Positions 1 through 11,935 of a stretch of 64,000 nucleotides of DNA are shown piece by piece (positions within the stretch are counted from its first letter, which is position 1; each line of letters opens with the position of its first letter). The notes below the pieces were generated by a model. It searched no databases, had not been told where the DNA came from, and saw only the letters and a program-made list of their open reading frames with translations. The stretch covers positions 14,313 through 78,312 of the forward strand of contig CAWKLN010000008.1 in the NCBI GenBank assembly GCA_963850465.1, written 5' to 3'. The stretch is from an uncultured delta proteobacterium (lineage in GTDB: Bacteria > Desulfobacterota > Desulfobacteria > Desulfobacterales > UBA5852). The position numbers were made by a program, and so were the translations under genes.

Positions 1-866
1 CCCGGCATTTGAACTGCCCGGTGGGTGCGATTGTCATGGGTAACGGATCTGACGACATCATTGCATTGCTCGCGCATACCCTTTTACGTCCCGGCGCGCG
101 CGCGGTCATGCCCCAGCCGTCCTTTTTAATGTACGAGATTGCCGTACGGTCAGTTGGGGCCGAACCGGTTTTCGTCCCCTTGCAATCTCTCGCTATCGAC
201 CTGGATGGCATGCGCCGGGCCGTGGATGACAACACGCGCTTGGTGTTTTTGTGCAATCCCAACAATCCCACGGGAACCGCTATATCCGGTGATGATTTCG
301 ATGGTTTTTTATCCTCCCTGCCATCGGATGTGGTGGTTGTAGTGGATGAGGCCTATATTGAATTTGTCCGCGACCCAACGTGTCTGCAAAGTAGGGCCTA
401 TTGGGGGGACGGGCGTCCGATCGTTACCTTGAGGACTTTTTCCAAACTATATGGGCTGGCTGGCCTGCGGGTGGGGTATGGGGTCATGCCCGAAGAATTG
501 GCGGGCTATTTAAACCGTATTCGGCAGCCGTTCAATGTCAATGCACTGGCCCAAGTCGCTGCCCGCGCCGCGTTGCAGGACCATGCGTTTGTTGCCCGCA
601 CGCTTCGCGTTGTGCACGAGGGTCTGGCGTTCATGTTCGAGGCCTTGACGGATATGGGGGTGCGTCATTTCCCGACCCAGTCGAACTTTTTCCTGATCGA
701 TGTCGACCGTGATGCGGAAACGATTTTCGAGGCCATGCTGCGGCAGGGTGTCATCGTGCGTTCGATGAAAGGATACGGCTATCCCCAGTATATCCGGGTC
801 AATGTCGGTACACGGGAGGAAAATCAGCGGTTCATCAAAGCGCTGAAGATGGTCCTGGGTCGTTAA
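1..866 (+). CDS. hisC: histidinol-phosphate aminotransferase, 5' end outside window
   Basis: The reading frame is open from the window edge (codon phase from nt 3). Class-II aminotransferase motifs are present: LCNPNNPTG and TFSKLYGLAGLRVGY (PLP-lysine region). About 285 of an expected ~360 aa are present. Confidence 0.85.
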   Translation, partial: RHLNCPVGAIVMGNGSDDIIALLAHTLLRPGARAVMPQPSFLMYEIAVRSVGAEPVFVPLQSLAIDLDGMRRAVDDNTRLVFLCNPNNPTGTAISGDDFDGFLSSLPSDVVVVVDEAYIEFVRDPTCLQSRAYWGDGRPIVTLRTFSKLYGLAGLRVGYGVMPEELAGYLNRIRQPFNVNALAQVAARAALQDHAFVARTLRVVHEGLAFMFEALTDMGVRHFPTQSNFFLIDVDRDAETIFEAMLRQGVIVRSMKGYGYPQYIRVNVGTREENQRFIKALKMVLGR

Positions 867-932
867 CGAGCGGATTTCGTCCTATATTACTAATGTCACC
901 ATGGCGTTGCGAACGGGTAAAGGCTCATCAAG

Positions 933-1625
933 ATGAAAAAAATGGTGATAACGATCGATGGACCAGCCGGTGCCGGCAAAACCACGGTGAGCCGCAAATT
1001 GGCCGATCGATTGGGTTATCGGTATATCGATACCGGCGCCCTGTATCGTGGTGTGGCTCTGGCAGCCCGAAAAGCAGGGGTTTCCGTTGACGACGATACC
1101 GGTCTGGAAGCGCTGTGTGTGGCGTTGCGTTTGCGTTTTGTAAGAAGCGCGGCCGGATGCCGACTGTACCATGGGGATGAAGATATCGAGGGCCAGATTC
1201 GAACACCGGAGATGTCCATGCTGGCCTCCGCTGTTTCGGCCCGACCGGTGGTGCGTCGTTTTCTGCTTGACATACAGCGACAGTTTGGTCGTGAAAAAGG
1301 TGCCGTATTTGAGGGCCGCGATATGGGTACGGTGGTTTTTCCCGATGCGGACCTGAAATTTTTTCTTGAGGCGCCCCTGGCCGTTCGCGCCCGGCGGCGG
1401 CATTGTGAGCTCGGCAGCCGTTCCGACCAGACACTGGAGGCCGTGTTAAAAGATATGCAACAACGCGATTACAACGATCAAACCCGGGATCTGGCGCCGC
1501 TGAAACAGGCGGTTGATGCGATTGTCATCGATTCCGAGAACCTTACCCCCGACATGGTCGTGGACCGTATGCTGCAGGAAATCGAGATGCGGGAGGGCCG
1601 GTCGAGAGGGTGCGCATCGACTTAA
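933..1625 (+). CDS. cmk: cytidylate kinase
   Basis: The N-terminus ITIDGPAGAGKTTVSRKLADRLGYRYIDTGALYR carries a P-loop and is typical of Cmk. The gene sits immediately upstream of rpsA, a conserved arrangement. Confidence 0.92.
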   Translation: MKKMVITIDGPAGAGKTTVSRKLADRLGYRYIDTGALYRGVALAARKAGVSVDDDTGLEALCVALRLRFVRSAAGCRLYHGDEDIEGQIRTPEMSMLASAVSARPVVRRFLLDIQRQFGREKGAVFEGRDMGTVVFPDADLKFFLEAPLAVRARRRHCELGSRSDQTLEAVLKDMQQRDYNDQTRDLAPLKQAVDAIVIDSENLTPDMVVDRMLQEIEMREGRSRGCAST

Positions 1626-1738
1626 ACCTGATAAATTTAATATTGTAATTGAAAATGCTATCTGATAAATAGCTTTGGTTATGCCAACCGGAATCGGTTG
1701 TTGCAAAAAAAATCGGCTAAGGGGGAAATCATTCTTAC

Positions 1739-3574
1739 ATGGAAAATCTAGTGGATAACAACGCAAACGAAGAAATCGATGCAACAGGCACCACCGAGGA
1801 TCAGGTCGTGGAAGGCCAGGATCCGGCGGGAAGCGAGAGCATGGAAGAACTCATGAGTCTCTATGAGGAAAGTTTCAAGCGTTTCGCTGAAGGCGAGGTC
1901 GTCAAGGGCCGTATCATTTCGGTCGACAAAGATCATGTTCTGGTGGATATCGGTTACAAATCTGAAGGCCAGATCCGGATCCATGAGTTCCGGGATGAAA
2001 CCGGTACGATCAAGGCCGAAATCGGTGATGAAGTTGAGGTGATGGTTGAATGGTGGGACGATGAAGAAGAACGTGTTGTCCTCTCCAAAGAAAAAGCGGC
2101 CAGTGTCAAAGTCTGGGAAGAAATCAAGCGGGTATACGACGCTGACGAGACCATCGATGGGACGATTCAGTCCCGGGTCAAGGGCGGCTTTTCCGTGGAT
2201 ATCGGCGTTCAGGCATTCCTGCCCGGTTCCCAGGCCGATCTGCGCCCCATTCGCAACCTGGATGACCTGGTTGGGAAAACCTTTGCTTTTAAAATTTTGA
2301 AATACAACCGTAAACGCAGCAATATCGTCTTATCTCGACGGGTACTGCTGGAATCCGAGCGGGAAGCCAAACGGGCGGAAACCCTGGCCTCCATTCATGA
2401 AGGCAAGGTCGTTCCCGGGACGGTTAAAAACATCACCGAGTACGGTGTTTTTGTGGATCTGGGCGGGGTTGACGGCCTGCTGCACATTACGGATATCTCC
2501 TGGGGCCGCGTGAAGCATCCCTCCGAGCTGTTTTCCATCGGGGACGAGATTACGGTGAAAATTCTCAATCTCGATCTTGAAAAGGAACGGGTCTCCCTTG
2601 GGATGAAACAGCTCTCCGAAGACCCCTGGACCCATGCTTCCGAGCGTTATCCGGTGGGAACCCAGGTTACCGGTAAGGTTGTCAGCCTGACGGATTACGG
2701 TGCCTTTGTCGAACTGGAAGAAGGCATTGAAGGCCTGATCCATGTTTCGGAAATGTCCTGGACCCGCAAGGTCCGTCATCCTTCCAAAGTGGTCTCGGTG
2801 GGGGAAGAGGTGGATGCGGTTGTACTGGATATCAAACCGGACAGCCGGCGGATTTCCCTGGGCATGAAACAGGTCAAGCCCAACCCCTGGGACATCATTG
2901 CTGAAAAATACCCCGTGGGAACGACCATTGAGGGGAAAATTAAAAACATCACGGATTTCGGTCTGTTTATCGGTATTGATGAAGGGATCGACGGCCTGGT
3001 GCACATCTCGGATATCTCCTGGACCAAACGGATCAAGCATCCTTCCGAGGTATACAAAAAAGGCGATGTCCTGCAGGCCATCGTGTTGGACATCGAGAAA
3101 AACAACGAACGGTTTTCCCTCGGGGTCAAACAACTCCAGCAGGATCCCTGGAAGTCCGTGGCGGAACGGTATGAAGTCGGCAAGGAAATCACCGGCACAA
3201 TAACGAATCTGACCGACTTTGGCGTCTTTATCGAACTCGAAGAAGGCATCGAGGGGCTGGTCCATGTCTCTGAAATCAGCAAAGAAAAAATCAAGACACC
3301 GGTCGGCATGTACAATATCGGTGATGTCATCACAGCCAAAGTGATGAACATCAACAGCGACGAACGGCGGATCGGGCTGTCCATAAAGCGTCTGGAAATG
3401 GAAGACGAGCAGTCCATTCTGAGCGAGTATGTGAACAGCATGAAGCCCGTCACATCCAGTTTTGGTGAAATCCTGCGTGAAAACCTCCAGGAAAAATTTA
3501 ATGAGGTTGATCAGGAGCCGGAGCAGGATCCTGACCAGGGACAGGACGAGCAGGAACCAAGCGAAGACAAATAA
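1739..3574 (+). CDS. rpsA: 30S ribosomal protein S1
   Basis: 611 aa with six repeated S1 domains (recurrent G.V..I..FG.FV.L..G..GL.H.SE motifs) and an acidic C-terminal tail. Confidence 0.95.
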   Translation: MENLVDNNANEEIDATGTTEDQVVEGQDPAGSESMEELMSLYEESFKRFAEGEVVKGRIISVDKDHVLVDIGYKSEGQIRIHEFRDETGTIKAEIGDEVEVMVEWWDDEEERVVLSKEKAASVKVWEEIKRVYDADETIDGTIQSRVKGGFSVDIGVQAFLPGSQADLRPIRNLDDLVGKTFAFKILKYNRKRSNIVLSRRVLLESEREAKRAETLASIHEGKVVPGTVKNITEYGVFVDLGGVDGLLHITDISWGRVKHPSELFSIGDEITVKILNLDLEKERVSLGMKQLSEDPWTHASERYPVGTQVTGKVVSLTDYGAFVELEEGIEGLIHVSEMSWTRKVRHPSKVVSVGEEVDAVVLDIKPDSRRISLGMKQVKPNPWDIIAEKYPVGTTIEGKIKNITDFGLFIGIDEGIDGLVHISDISWTKRIKHPSEVYKKGDVLQAIVLDIEKNNERFSLGVKQLQQDPWKSVAERYEVGKEITGTITNLTDFGVFIELEEGIEGLVHVSEISKEKIKTPVGMYNIGDVITAKVMNINSDERRIGLSIKRLEMEDEQSILSEYVNSMKPVTSSFGEILRENLQEKFNEVDQEPEQDPDQGQDEQEPSEDK

Positions 3575-3584
3575 AAACGCGTAC

Positions 3585-3618
3585 CCGGGGTGCCCAGACG
3601 ACTGTTTGGGCACCCCGG
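3585..3618 (+). terminator. perfect 12-bp GC-rich hairpin just after the rpsA stop (possible terminator)
   Basis: CCGGGGTGCCCA (3585-3596) pairs perfectly with TGGGCACCCCGG (3607-3618) around a 10-nt loop. The only T-run (ATTTTT) lies ~14 nt further downstream, so this is not a textbook intrinsic terminator. Confidence 0.5.
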
Positions 3619-3684
3619 CACGCCGCCCCGATTTTTCCGACCAACCGACGCATTGACCTACCGCTCAACGAAGGCTGAAGGCCT

Positions 3685-4596
3685 ATGTTCTCCCGCCGAC
3701 ACCCATTTTTATTCTCCCTTCTGGTGTTTACCGCCCTGTCATCCGTTACCCTGATTCTCTTGTCTCTGATTGTTGCCTTTGGCATGAAGGGATCGGATCT
3801 GGTTGGGCTGGATATGAACGGTGGTGAGAAGGTGGGTGTGATCGAGGTCGTCGGGGTCATTGCCAACTCTCGTGAAACCATCGAACAGCTCAAACGATTC
3901 CGCGAAGACGAGGATATCCGGGCGATTGTGATCCGGGTCGACTCACCCGGCGGCGTCGTGGGACCGTCACAGGAAATCTACCGCGAAATTGTCCGCACCA
4001 AGGCCACCAAAAAAGTGATCGCCTCCATGGGGGCGGTGGCGGCCTCGGGGGGATACTACGTGATTGCCGGGACCGACGGCATTGTTGCCAACCCGGGAAC
4101 CATTACGGGCAGCATCGGGGTGATCATGCAGTATACTAATTTTCAGGAACTCTTTAGTAAGATCGGTTTGTCCCCGGTCGTCATTAAAAGCGGTATATAC
4201 AAGGATGCGGGATCCCCGGTACGTGCTATGACACCGGAAGAACAGCAGTATTTAAAGGCGTTCGTCGACGGTTTGCACCAGCAGTTTGTGTCGGCCATCG
4301 CCGAGGGCCGCCAACTGGATCTGGCGAAGGTGCAAGACCTGGCGGATGGCCGTATCTACACCGGGCAAGATGCCAAGGATCTCGGGCTGGTGGATCGTAT
4401 CGGTAATCTGGAGGATGCGGTCGAATGGGCGGGCCGCCTGGCCGGTATCGAAGGCAAGATTATTGCCGTTTACCCGCCGCAAAAAAAGATCTCGATCCTG
4501 CGCCTGTTATCGGAGTCCACTTTGAAGGATCTGGTCGGCCGTGTCACCCGCCCGGAAGTGACGGCGGAATACATTTATGAACCAACCCGCCATTGA
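3685..4596 (+). CDS. sppA: signal peptide peptidase SppA, 36K type
   Basis: N-terminal TM segment followed by the ClpP/crotonase-like S49 region SPGGVVGPSQEIYREI ... ASGGYYVIAGTDGIVANPGTITGSIGV. Confidence 0.88.
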   Translation: MFSRRHPFLFSLLVFTALSSVTLILLSLIVAFGMKGSDLVGLDMNGGEKVGVIEVVGVIANSRETIEQLKRFREDEDIRAIVIRVDSPGGVVGPSQEIYREIVRTKATKKVIASMGAVAASGGYYVIAGTDGIVANPGTITGSIGVIMQYTNFQELFSKIGLSPVVIKSGIYKDAGSPVRAMTPEEQQYLKAFVDGLHQQFVSAIAEGRQLDLAKVQDLADGRIYTGQDAKDLGLVDRIGNLEDAVEWAGRLAGIEGKIIAVYPPQKKISILRLLSESTLKDLVGRVTRPEVTAEYIYEPTRH

Positions 4597-4654
4597 TGCC
4601 CCGCGCGCGACCCCGCGTTGTTTCCCCCGTCTGATCGTCATACCGAAAATTGAA

Positions 4655-5263
4655 TTACGCAAATGAGCTGACATCGCCGGCGCCCCGCCGGATGATTTCC
4701 GGGACATCGTCGATCAGTGCGATGACGCTCGACGGCTGGCCCGGCACCAGCCCGCTGTCGATGACCGCATCAATGCGGGAACCGAAATGGTCATGGATGA
4801 GGGATGCGTCGTCAAACACGGTGCCGTCGGGCATGGTGGCACTGGTGGTCAGAATGGGATTGCCCAGACCTCTAACCAAAGCAAGGCATAGGGCGTGATT
4901 CGGCACGCGGATGCCGGCCGTCTTGCGGGGGGTCAGCATCATTTTAGGAACTTCGCGTGAACCTTCCAGCACGAACGTATAGGGACCGGGTAAAAGCCGC
5001 CGCATGGTTTTATAGGCGTAGTTGGAAACCTTCGCATAATGGCTGATGTTTTTAAGATCCGAGCACATGAAACTGAATGGTTTGTTTTTCTCCCGCTGTT
5101 TGATTTGATATGTTTTTTCAATGGCTTTTTTGTTCATGATATCGCAACCCATCCCGTAACATGTGTCGGTGGCATAGGCGACGATGCCGCCCTGTCTGAG
5201 AATGGCGACCACCTTATCGACCAGGCGCTGCTGGGGGTTAATGGGGTTGATTTTCAGTAACAT
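4655..5263 (-). CDS. tsaC: L-threonylcarbamoyladenylate synthase (YrdC/TsaC family)
   Basis: 202 aa consisting of a YrdC domain only: GGIVAYATDTCYGMGCD, KNKPFSFMCSD, LLPGPYTFVL and PILTTSA. Confidence 0.85.
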   Translation of the reverse strand: MLLKINPINPQQRLVDKVVAILRQGGIVAYATDTCYGMGCDIMNKKAIEKTYQIKQREKNKPFSFMCSDLKNISHYAKVSNYAYKTMRRLLPGPYTFVLEGSREVPKMMLTPRKTAGIRVPNHALCLALVRGLGNPILTTSATMPDGTVFDDASLIHDHFGSRIDAVIDSGLVPGQPSSVIALIDDVPEIIRRGAGDVSSFA

Positions 5264-5533
5264 GAACGGTCTCCGATGTGGCTAAACTGCGCGTTAGCGC
5301 CTGTCATGACGCTCCCGGACAATCTTTCGGTGCATGAAAAAATGCAATGATTCGAACCATTTTGCAGAAAGCACTCCTTATATCGGGCGGCCGGTGATGT
5401 CAAGGCGCTAAATAAAAGATTGCTAAAGCCCGGCCCTTCTGCTAATGGAGCAGGTCACATTTCCGGCCCTTAAGGTGGCCTTTCATCCCAGACAAAGCAG
5501 GGAATATTGGCGGGGCCGGTCCCATAGTGTTAA

Positions 5534-7081
<1,548 letters not shown>

Positions 7082-7119
7082 GGGGCCTGCTGTAACCGAT
7101 CCGTTGAGAGTTTCCAAGA

Positions 7120-10100
7120 ATGAATGACGCTGAAAAGAATTCCTTTGTGCATCTTCACGTTCACACGCAGTATAGCCTGCTCGACGGGGCGATCCGGATT
7201 GATTCGCTTCTCGCACAGGCCACGGCGTTTGGCATGGAGGCGGTTTCCATTACTGACCATGGGACCATGTTCGGGGTTCTTGAGTTCTACACGAAAGCGA
7301 AAAAAGCAGGGCTGCGGCCCATTATTGGATGCGAAATCTATGTGGCGCCGCGCACCATTCATGACAAAACGCCTCTCGATGCCAAGGGGCTGACCCATCT
7401 GGTGCTCATTGCCGAAAACCAGGCGGGCTATCGCAATCTTTGCCGTCTGGCCTCCATTGCTCAGATGGAGGGTTTTTATTATCGACCACGAATCGACAAA
7501 AATCTCCTGACGGCCCATCATGAGGGACTTATTGCCCTTTCCGCCTGCCTGCATGGTGAAGTCCCCATGCGTATCAAGGAGGGGCGGCTTGCGCAGGCCG
7601 AGGAGGCGGCGCAGTGGTATCAGCAGCTTTTTGGTGAAAATAATTATTATCTCGAAGTTCAGAACAACGGTATCGAGATCCAGGAGACGGTCAACCAGGC
7701 CCTGCGGGATATGAGCCACAAACTGTCCATCCCGCTGGTGGCCAGCAACGATTGTCATTATCTGCAAAAAGAAGACGTTCGTGCCCATGACGTTTTGCTG
7801 TGTATCCAGACCGGCAAAACCGTGAATGAAGCCAACCGCTTTCGGTTCGGCACGGACCAGCTTTATTTCAAGTCGCCTGATGAAATGGCGATTTCATTTA
7901 AAGATTATCCCGGTGCCATCGAAAATACCCTGTCCATTGCCCGCCGCTGTGCCTATGAATTCGATTTTTCGTACCATTTCCCACAGTTTCCTGCTCCCGC
8001 GTCCGTTTCCACGGAAGACCTGTTCGAACAGACGGTGCGCGCGGGGTATCGCCTGCGCATGGACAAGATTCGGGAAAAACAGCCGGACCTTGACCAGACG
8101 GTCTACGACCAGCGCCTGGACTACGAAATAGCCGTTATCAAAGAAATGGGATTCACGGGGTACTTTCTCATCGTCGCCGATTTCATCCGCTATGCCAAAG
8201 AGAATGGGATTCCGGTCGGTCCCGGGCGTGGGTCGGCGGCCGGCAGTATGGTGGCATATGCCATGCGCATTACGGATCTGGATCCCATTGAGCACGGATT
8301 GATCTTCGAGCGATTTCTGAACCCCGCCCGCAGCAGTATGCCGGATATCGACGTCGACTTCTGCATCAACGGTCGCGATCGTGTCTACAAATACGTTGTG
8401 GACCAATACGGCGGCGGGGACTACGTGGCCCAGATCATCACATACGGAAAGCTCAAAACACGGGCGGTGATTCGGGACGTGGGACGGGCTCTGGACATTC
8501 CCTTGCGGGAAGTAGATGTCATTGCCAAAATGGTGCCGGATGTTCTCAATATCAGTCTTGCGGATGCCATTGCCCAGGAGCCAAAATTCAATGAAATGGC
8601 CGCATCCCGGCCTGAAGTCGCCGAACTGCTTCAAATTTGCAGTGTCCTGGAAGGTCTGCCGCGGCATGCTTCAACGCATGCCGCCGGCGTCGTGATCGGA
8701 GACAAACCGCTGGTGGAGTATCTGCCCTTGTACCGCGGTAAAAAGGGGGAGGTCGTTACCCAGTTCGACATGAAACATGTGGAAAAATCGGGCCTCGTCA
8801 AGTTCGATTTTCTGGGATTGCGGAACCTTACGGTCATCGAAAAAACCTTGTCGTTGTTGGCGGGCCAAGGCAAGGCGGTTCCCGACATGGTCAATTTGGA
8901 TCTCGATGACCGGGATACCTACAGCCTGCTGGCCAGCGGGGACACCACCGGTGTGTTTCAGCTGGAAAGCGCGGGCATGAAAGATCTGCTGGTCCGTTTG
9001 AAACCGGCCTCGTTTGCCGATATTACCGCTCTGGTGGCCCTGTATCGTCCCGGTCCTCTGGACAGCGGCATGGTGGACGATTTTGTCGAGTGCAAACACG
9101 GCCGCAAACCGGTCGTATTTCTTGTACCGGAACTGGAGCCGATCTTAAAGGAAACCTACGGCGTTATTCTATACCAGGAACAGGTCATGAAGATCGCCGC
9201 CGATCTGGCCAGCTATTCCATGGCCAAAGCGGATGATCTGCGCAAGGCCATGGGCAAGAAAATTGCTGAAAAGATGGCCGAGCATCGAGACAGCTTCATG
9301 ATGGGTGCTCGGGAAAACAAGATTCCCGAGGACAAAGCCCGAACGATTTTCGATCTGATGGAGAAATTCGGGGGCTACGGGTTCAATAAATCCCACAGTG
9401 CGGCCTATGCGTTGATTGCCTACCAGACGGCTTATCTGAAAACCCACTATCCGGTTGAGTTCCTGGCGGCGTTGCTTACCAGCGAGATGCATTCCACGGA
9501 TGGCGTCGTAAAATACATGGCCGAGTGCCGCAGCCATGCCATTGACATCCTGCCGCCCGATATAAATCACAGCACAATCTCTTTTGAGGTCAGCGACGGC
9601 AAAATCCGATATGGGCTGGTCGCTGTTAAAAACGTTGGCGAAGCTGCCATCGAGGTGATTGTGGCGCAAAGAGAAGAGGGCGGCGCCTTCCAATCGCTGC
9701 TGGATTTCTGTGCCCGCGTCGATCTGCGCAAAGTTAACAAACGCGTGGTCGAAAGCCTGATTAAATGCGGTGCCTTCGACAGCCTGGGCCACAAACGCTC
9801 CCAGATGATGGCGGTCTTGGAGGAGGCTTTCGAATACGGCCAACGGGTTCAGAAAGAAAAAGCCGATCCCCAGATGGGGCTTTTCGGCACGACCGACGCC
9901 ACGGCGCCAACCATCAACGCGCCTATTTTACCCGATATCACAGAATGGGAGCCTCGAAAGGTCCTGGCCTTGGAGAAAGAATCGCTGGGACTTTATCTGA
10001 GCGGACATCCGCTGAACCGATATGAAGACGTCGTGGCTAAATTTACCAATGCCAATGCGGTGTCCCTCAGCGAAATCGCGGATAAAGCGGCTGTGCGGAT

Positions 10101-10647
10101 TGGCGGTCTGATCGGTGGCGTCCGCACCCTGCGGACCAAAAAGGGCGATCTCATGGCCTTTGTGCAGGTCGAAGATCTCCAGGGTACAGCGGAGGTGATC
10201 GTGTTCCCCGAGACCTATGCCGATTGCGAGGAACTCCTGCGGGAAGACAATCCTGTTTTTGTGCAGGGGCAGGCCCAGAAGGAGGAGAATGCGGTGCGTA
10301 TCGTGGCGGATAAGATTGTCGACATGGAGCGTGCCGAAGAGGTCTGGACCGCCAGCGTGCATATCACCCTGGATACCGAGCGCGCGCAGAGCGAACTGCT
10401 GTCTGAGTTGCAGGCCTTGCTGATCCGCTACCCCGGAACCTGCCCGACATTTTTTCATCTGGCGGACGGGAATCGAACCGAAACGATTATTGCCGCGGAG
10501 GAATCCCTGCGGCTGAAAGCGGGCGCCAAGCTCACCCGGGAGGTCAACGCTCTGCTGGGCTATGCGGCGGTGGAAACACGCTGTGCACCGGCCACTCTGG
10601 ATCCCAATGGAAACGGCCGCCCGCGATGGGCCGGAAAACGATCCTGA
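7120..10647 (+). CDS. dnaE: DNA polymerase III alpha subunit
   Basis: 1175 aa with PHP domain HLHVHTQYSLLDG, GYFLIVADFI, the palm motif PDIDVDF, FNKSHSAAYA, and a C-terminal OB region. Confidence 0.96.
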   Translation: MNDAEKNSFVHLHVHTQYSLLDGAIRIDSLLAQATAFGMEAVSITDHGTMFGVLEFYTKAKKAGLRPIIGCEIYVAPRTIHDKTPLDAKGLTHLVLIAENQAGYRNLCRLASIAQMEGFYYRPRIDKNLLTAHHEGLIALSACLHGEVPMRIKEGRLAQAEEAAQWYQQLFGENNYYLEVQNNGIEIQETVNQALRDMSHKLSIPLVASNDCHYLQKEDVRAHDVLLCIQTGKTVNEANRFRFGTDQLYFKSPDEMAISFKDYPGAIENTLSIARRCAYEFDFSYHFPQFPAPASVSTEDLFEQTVRAGYRLRMDKIREKQPDLDQTVYDQRLDYEIAVIKEMGFTGYFLIVADFIRYAKENGIPVGPGRGSAAGSMVAYAMRITDLDPIEHGLIFERFLNPARSSMPDIDVDFCINGRDRVYKYVVDQYGGGDYVAQIITYGKLKTRAVIRDVGRALDIPLREVDVIAKMVPDVLNISLADAIAQEPKFNEMAASRPEVAELLQICSVLEGLPRHASTHAAGVVIGDKPLVEYLPLYRGKKGEVVTQFDMKHVEKSGLVKFDFLGLRNLTVIEKTLSLLAGQGKAVPDMVNLDLDDRDTYSLLASGDTTGVFQLESAGMKDLLVRLKPASFADITALVALYRPGPLDSGMVDDFVECKHGRKPVVFLVPELEPILKETYGVILYQEQVMKIAADLASYSMAKADDLRKAMGKKIAEKMAEHRDSFMMGARENKIPEDKARTIFDLMEKFGGYGFNKSHSAAYALIAYQTAYLKTHYPVEFLAALLTSEMHSTDGVVKYMAECRSHAIDILPPDINHSTISFEVSDGKIRYGLVAVKNVGEAAIEVIVAQREEGGAFQSLLDFCARVDLRKVNKRVVESLIKCGAFDSLGHKRSQMMAVLEEAFEYGQRVQKEKADPQMGLFGTTDATAPTINAPILPDITEWEPRKVLALEKESLGLYLSGHPLNRYEDVVAKFTNANAVSLSEIADKAAVRIGGLIGGVRTLRTKKGDLMAFVQVEDLQGTAEVIVFPETYADCEELLREDNPVFVQGQAQKEENAVRIVADKIVDMERAEEVWTASVHITLDTERAQSELLSELQALLIRYPGTCPTFFHLADGNRTETIIAAEESLRLKAGAKLTREVNALLGYAAVETRCAPATLDPNGNGRPRWAGKRS

Positions 10648-10660
10648 TGCAGTCTTCCGG

Positions 10661-11935
10661 TTATTGCGCTGGAGGATCAGGGGTGGTTTTATCTGTTTCG
10701 TCGCGCTTCAATTCTTCGATCAGCTCTATCATGGTTGCTTCTTCCTGAATTTCATAGCTCGTGGGGCCTTCTTCATGGCGCTGATTTTCTGGAAGCGTCA
10801 CTGTGGCCAATCCCGGGCGGAAAGGCTGTCGTGCCTGGCGCAGGAGGGTCGATTGGTAAGGTGTTTCCGGGCTTTTTTCGGCGGAGGGTCGGAAGGTTTC
10901 CATCGGCGAAACGAACCGGGTCTGACGCGCGATGAAATCCGAATAATACTTTTCCATGTTGAACATGCCTTCGCGGCTGCCGGTTTGTAAAGTGGTTTCG
11001 ATCTGGCTCAGGCGATTTTCGCGCACCATGCTCTTTACCGCCGGGGTGCCGCGCAGAATGGACAACAGGGGCACCCGGAAACCGTGGGCGTTGAGGTGAA
11101 CCAGTTTCTGGATCAGCAGCAGAGAGAGACTTGAGGCCAGCTGGTTTCGCACCAAGTCCTGCGTGTCGGCAGGAAATGAGTTGCACAGGCGGTAGAAGGC
11201 GTCTTCCGTGTTTGTGGCGTGAATGGACGCAATGACCAGATGGCCGGCTTCCACGGCATTGACGGTCAGGCGGATGGTTTCCGGTTCCCGCAACTCGCCC
11301 ACGACGATCAGATCCGGAGCTTCGCGCAGCACATCCTGCAGGCCCTGGCCATAACTCGGGAAGTGGGTGCCCAACTCCCGCTGTTCGACAAAGGATTTCT
11401 TCGATCGATAACGGTATTCCACCGGAGCTTCAAGGGTGATGATATGGAGGCTCTGGGTACGGTTGATTTCTTCCACCATGGCCGCAATCGTTGTGGATTT
11501 GCCCGTACCCGCGGCGCCGCCGACCAGCAACAAGCCTGTTTTCAACCGGCAGAAGTCAACGATGGAAGGGTGCAGGTTCAGTTTGGCCAGTTCAGGGGGG
11601 TGCCCCGGCAGGAGACGAACCGCCAGACTGAGCCCTCGCAGCGTCGTGAAGATATTGACCCGGATGCGCACCTGGCCGATGCTGCGGGCAATGTCGACCG
11701 ACATCTGTCGATGAAGGGTTTCCATCTCCCTGGGATCCAGTATCCGTTGCACCAACAGATCCAACTCTCGATGCTCCCATTGCAGCCCTTTATCGAAGTG
11801 CAGATTCCCGTTCAGGCGGTAAACCATCGGATGGCCGCCGGTGATGTGGATGTCGGAATAACCCTTTTGCAGCCCTTGCTGAATGATCGCGCTGAATTGG
11901 TCCGTCATTGTATTCGATTCTCCAATATTCGTCAT
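10661..11935 (-). CDS. pilT: PilT-family type IV pilus retraction-type ATPase, divergent, with a C-terminal tail
   Basis: DIHITGGHPMVYR, Walker A GGAAGTGKSTT, Walker B LIVVGELRE and His-box ASIHATN. About 70 extra C-terminal residues are rich in Pro, Glu and Thr. The start overlaps the upstream stop as ATGA (11932-11935). Confidence 0.75.
   Translation of the reverse strand: MTNIGESNTMTDQFSAIIQQGLQKGYSDIHITGGHPMVYRLNGNLHFDKGLQWEHRELDLLVQRILDPREMETLHRQMSVDIARSIGQVRIRVNIFTTLRGLSLAVRLLPGHPPELAKLNLHPSIVDFCRLKTGLLLVGGAAGTGKSTTIAAMVEEINRTQSLHIITLEAPVEYRYRSKKSFVEQRELGTHFPSYGQGLQDVLREAPDLIVVGELREPETIRLTVNAVEAGHLVIASIHATNTEDAFYRLCNSFPADTQDLVRNQLASSLSLLLIQKLVHLNAHGFRVPLLSILRGTPAVKSMVRENRLSQIETTLQTGSREGMFNMEKYYSDFIARQTRFVSPMETFRPSAEKSPETPYQSTLLRQARQPFRPGLATVTLPENQRHEEGPTSYEIQEEATMIELIEELKRDETDKTTPDPPAQ

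Noticed and set aside
1628-1670. 9-nt direct repeat CTGATAAAT (x2) in the AT-rich rpsA upstream region
   Set aside because: It is too short, and in an AT-rich context, to be distinguished from chance. No clear promoter geometry is associated with it.
2330-3613. 427-aa minus-strand ORF covering most of rpsA
   Set aside because: This is a shadow ORF, typical of GC-rich DNA. The + strand encodes six clear S1 domains, and the antisense translation has no motif and a skewed, low-complexity composition.
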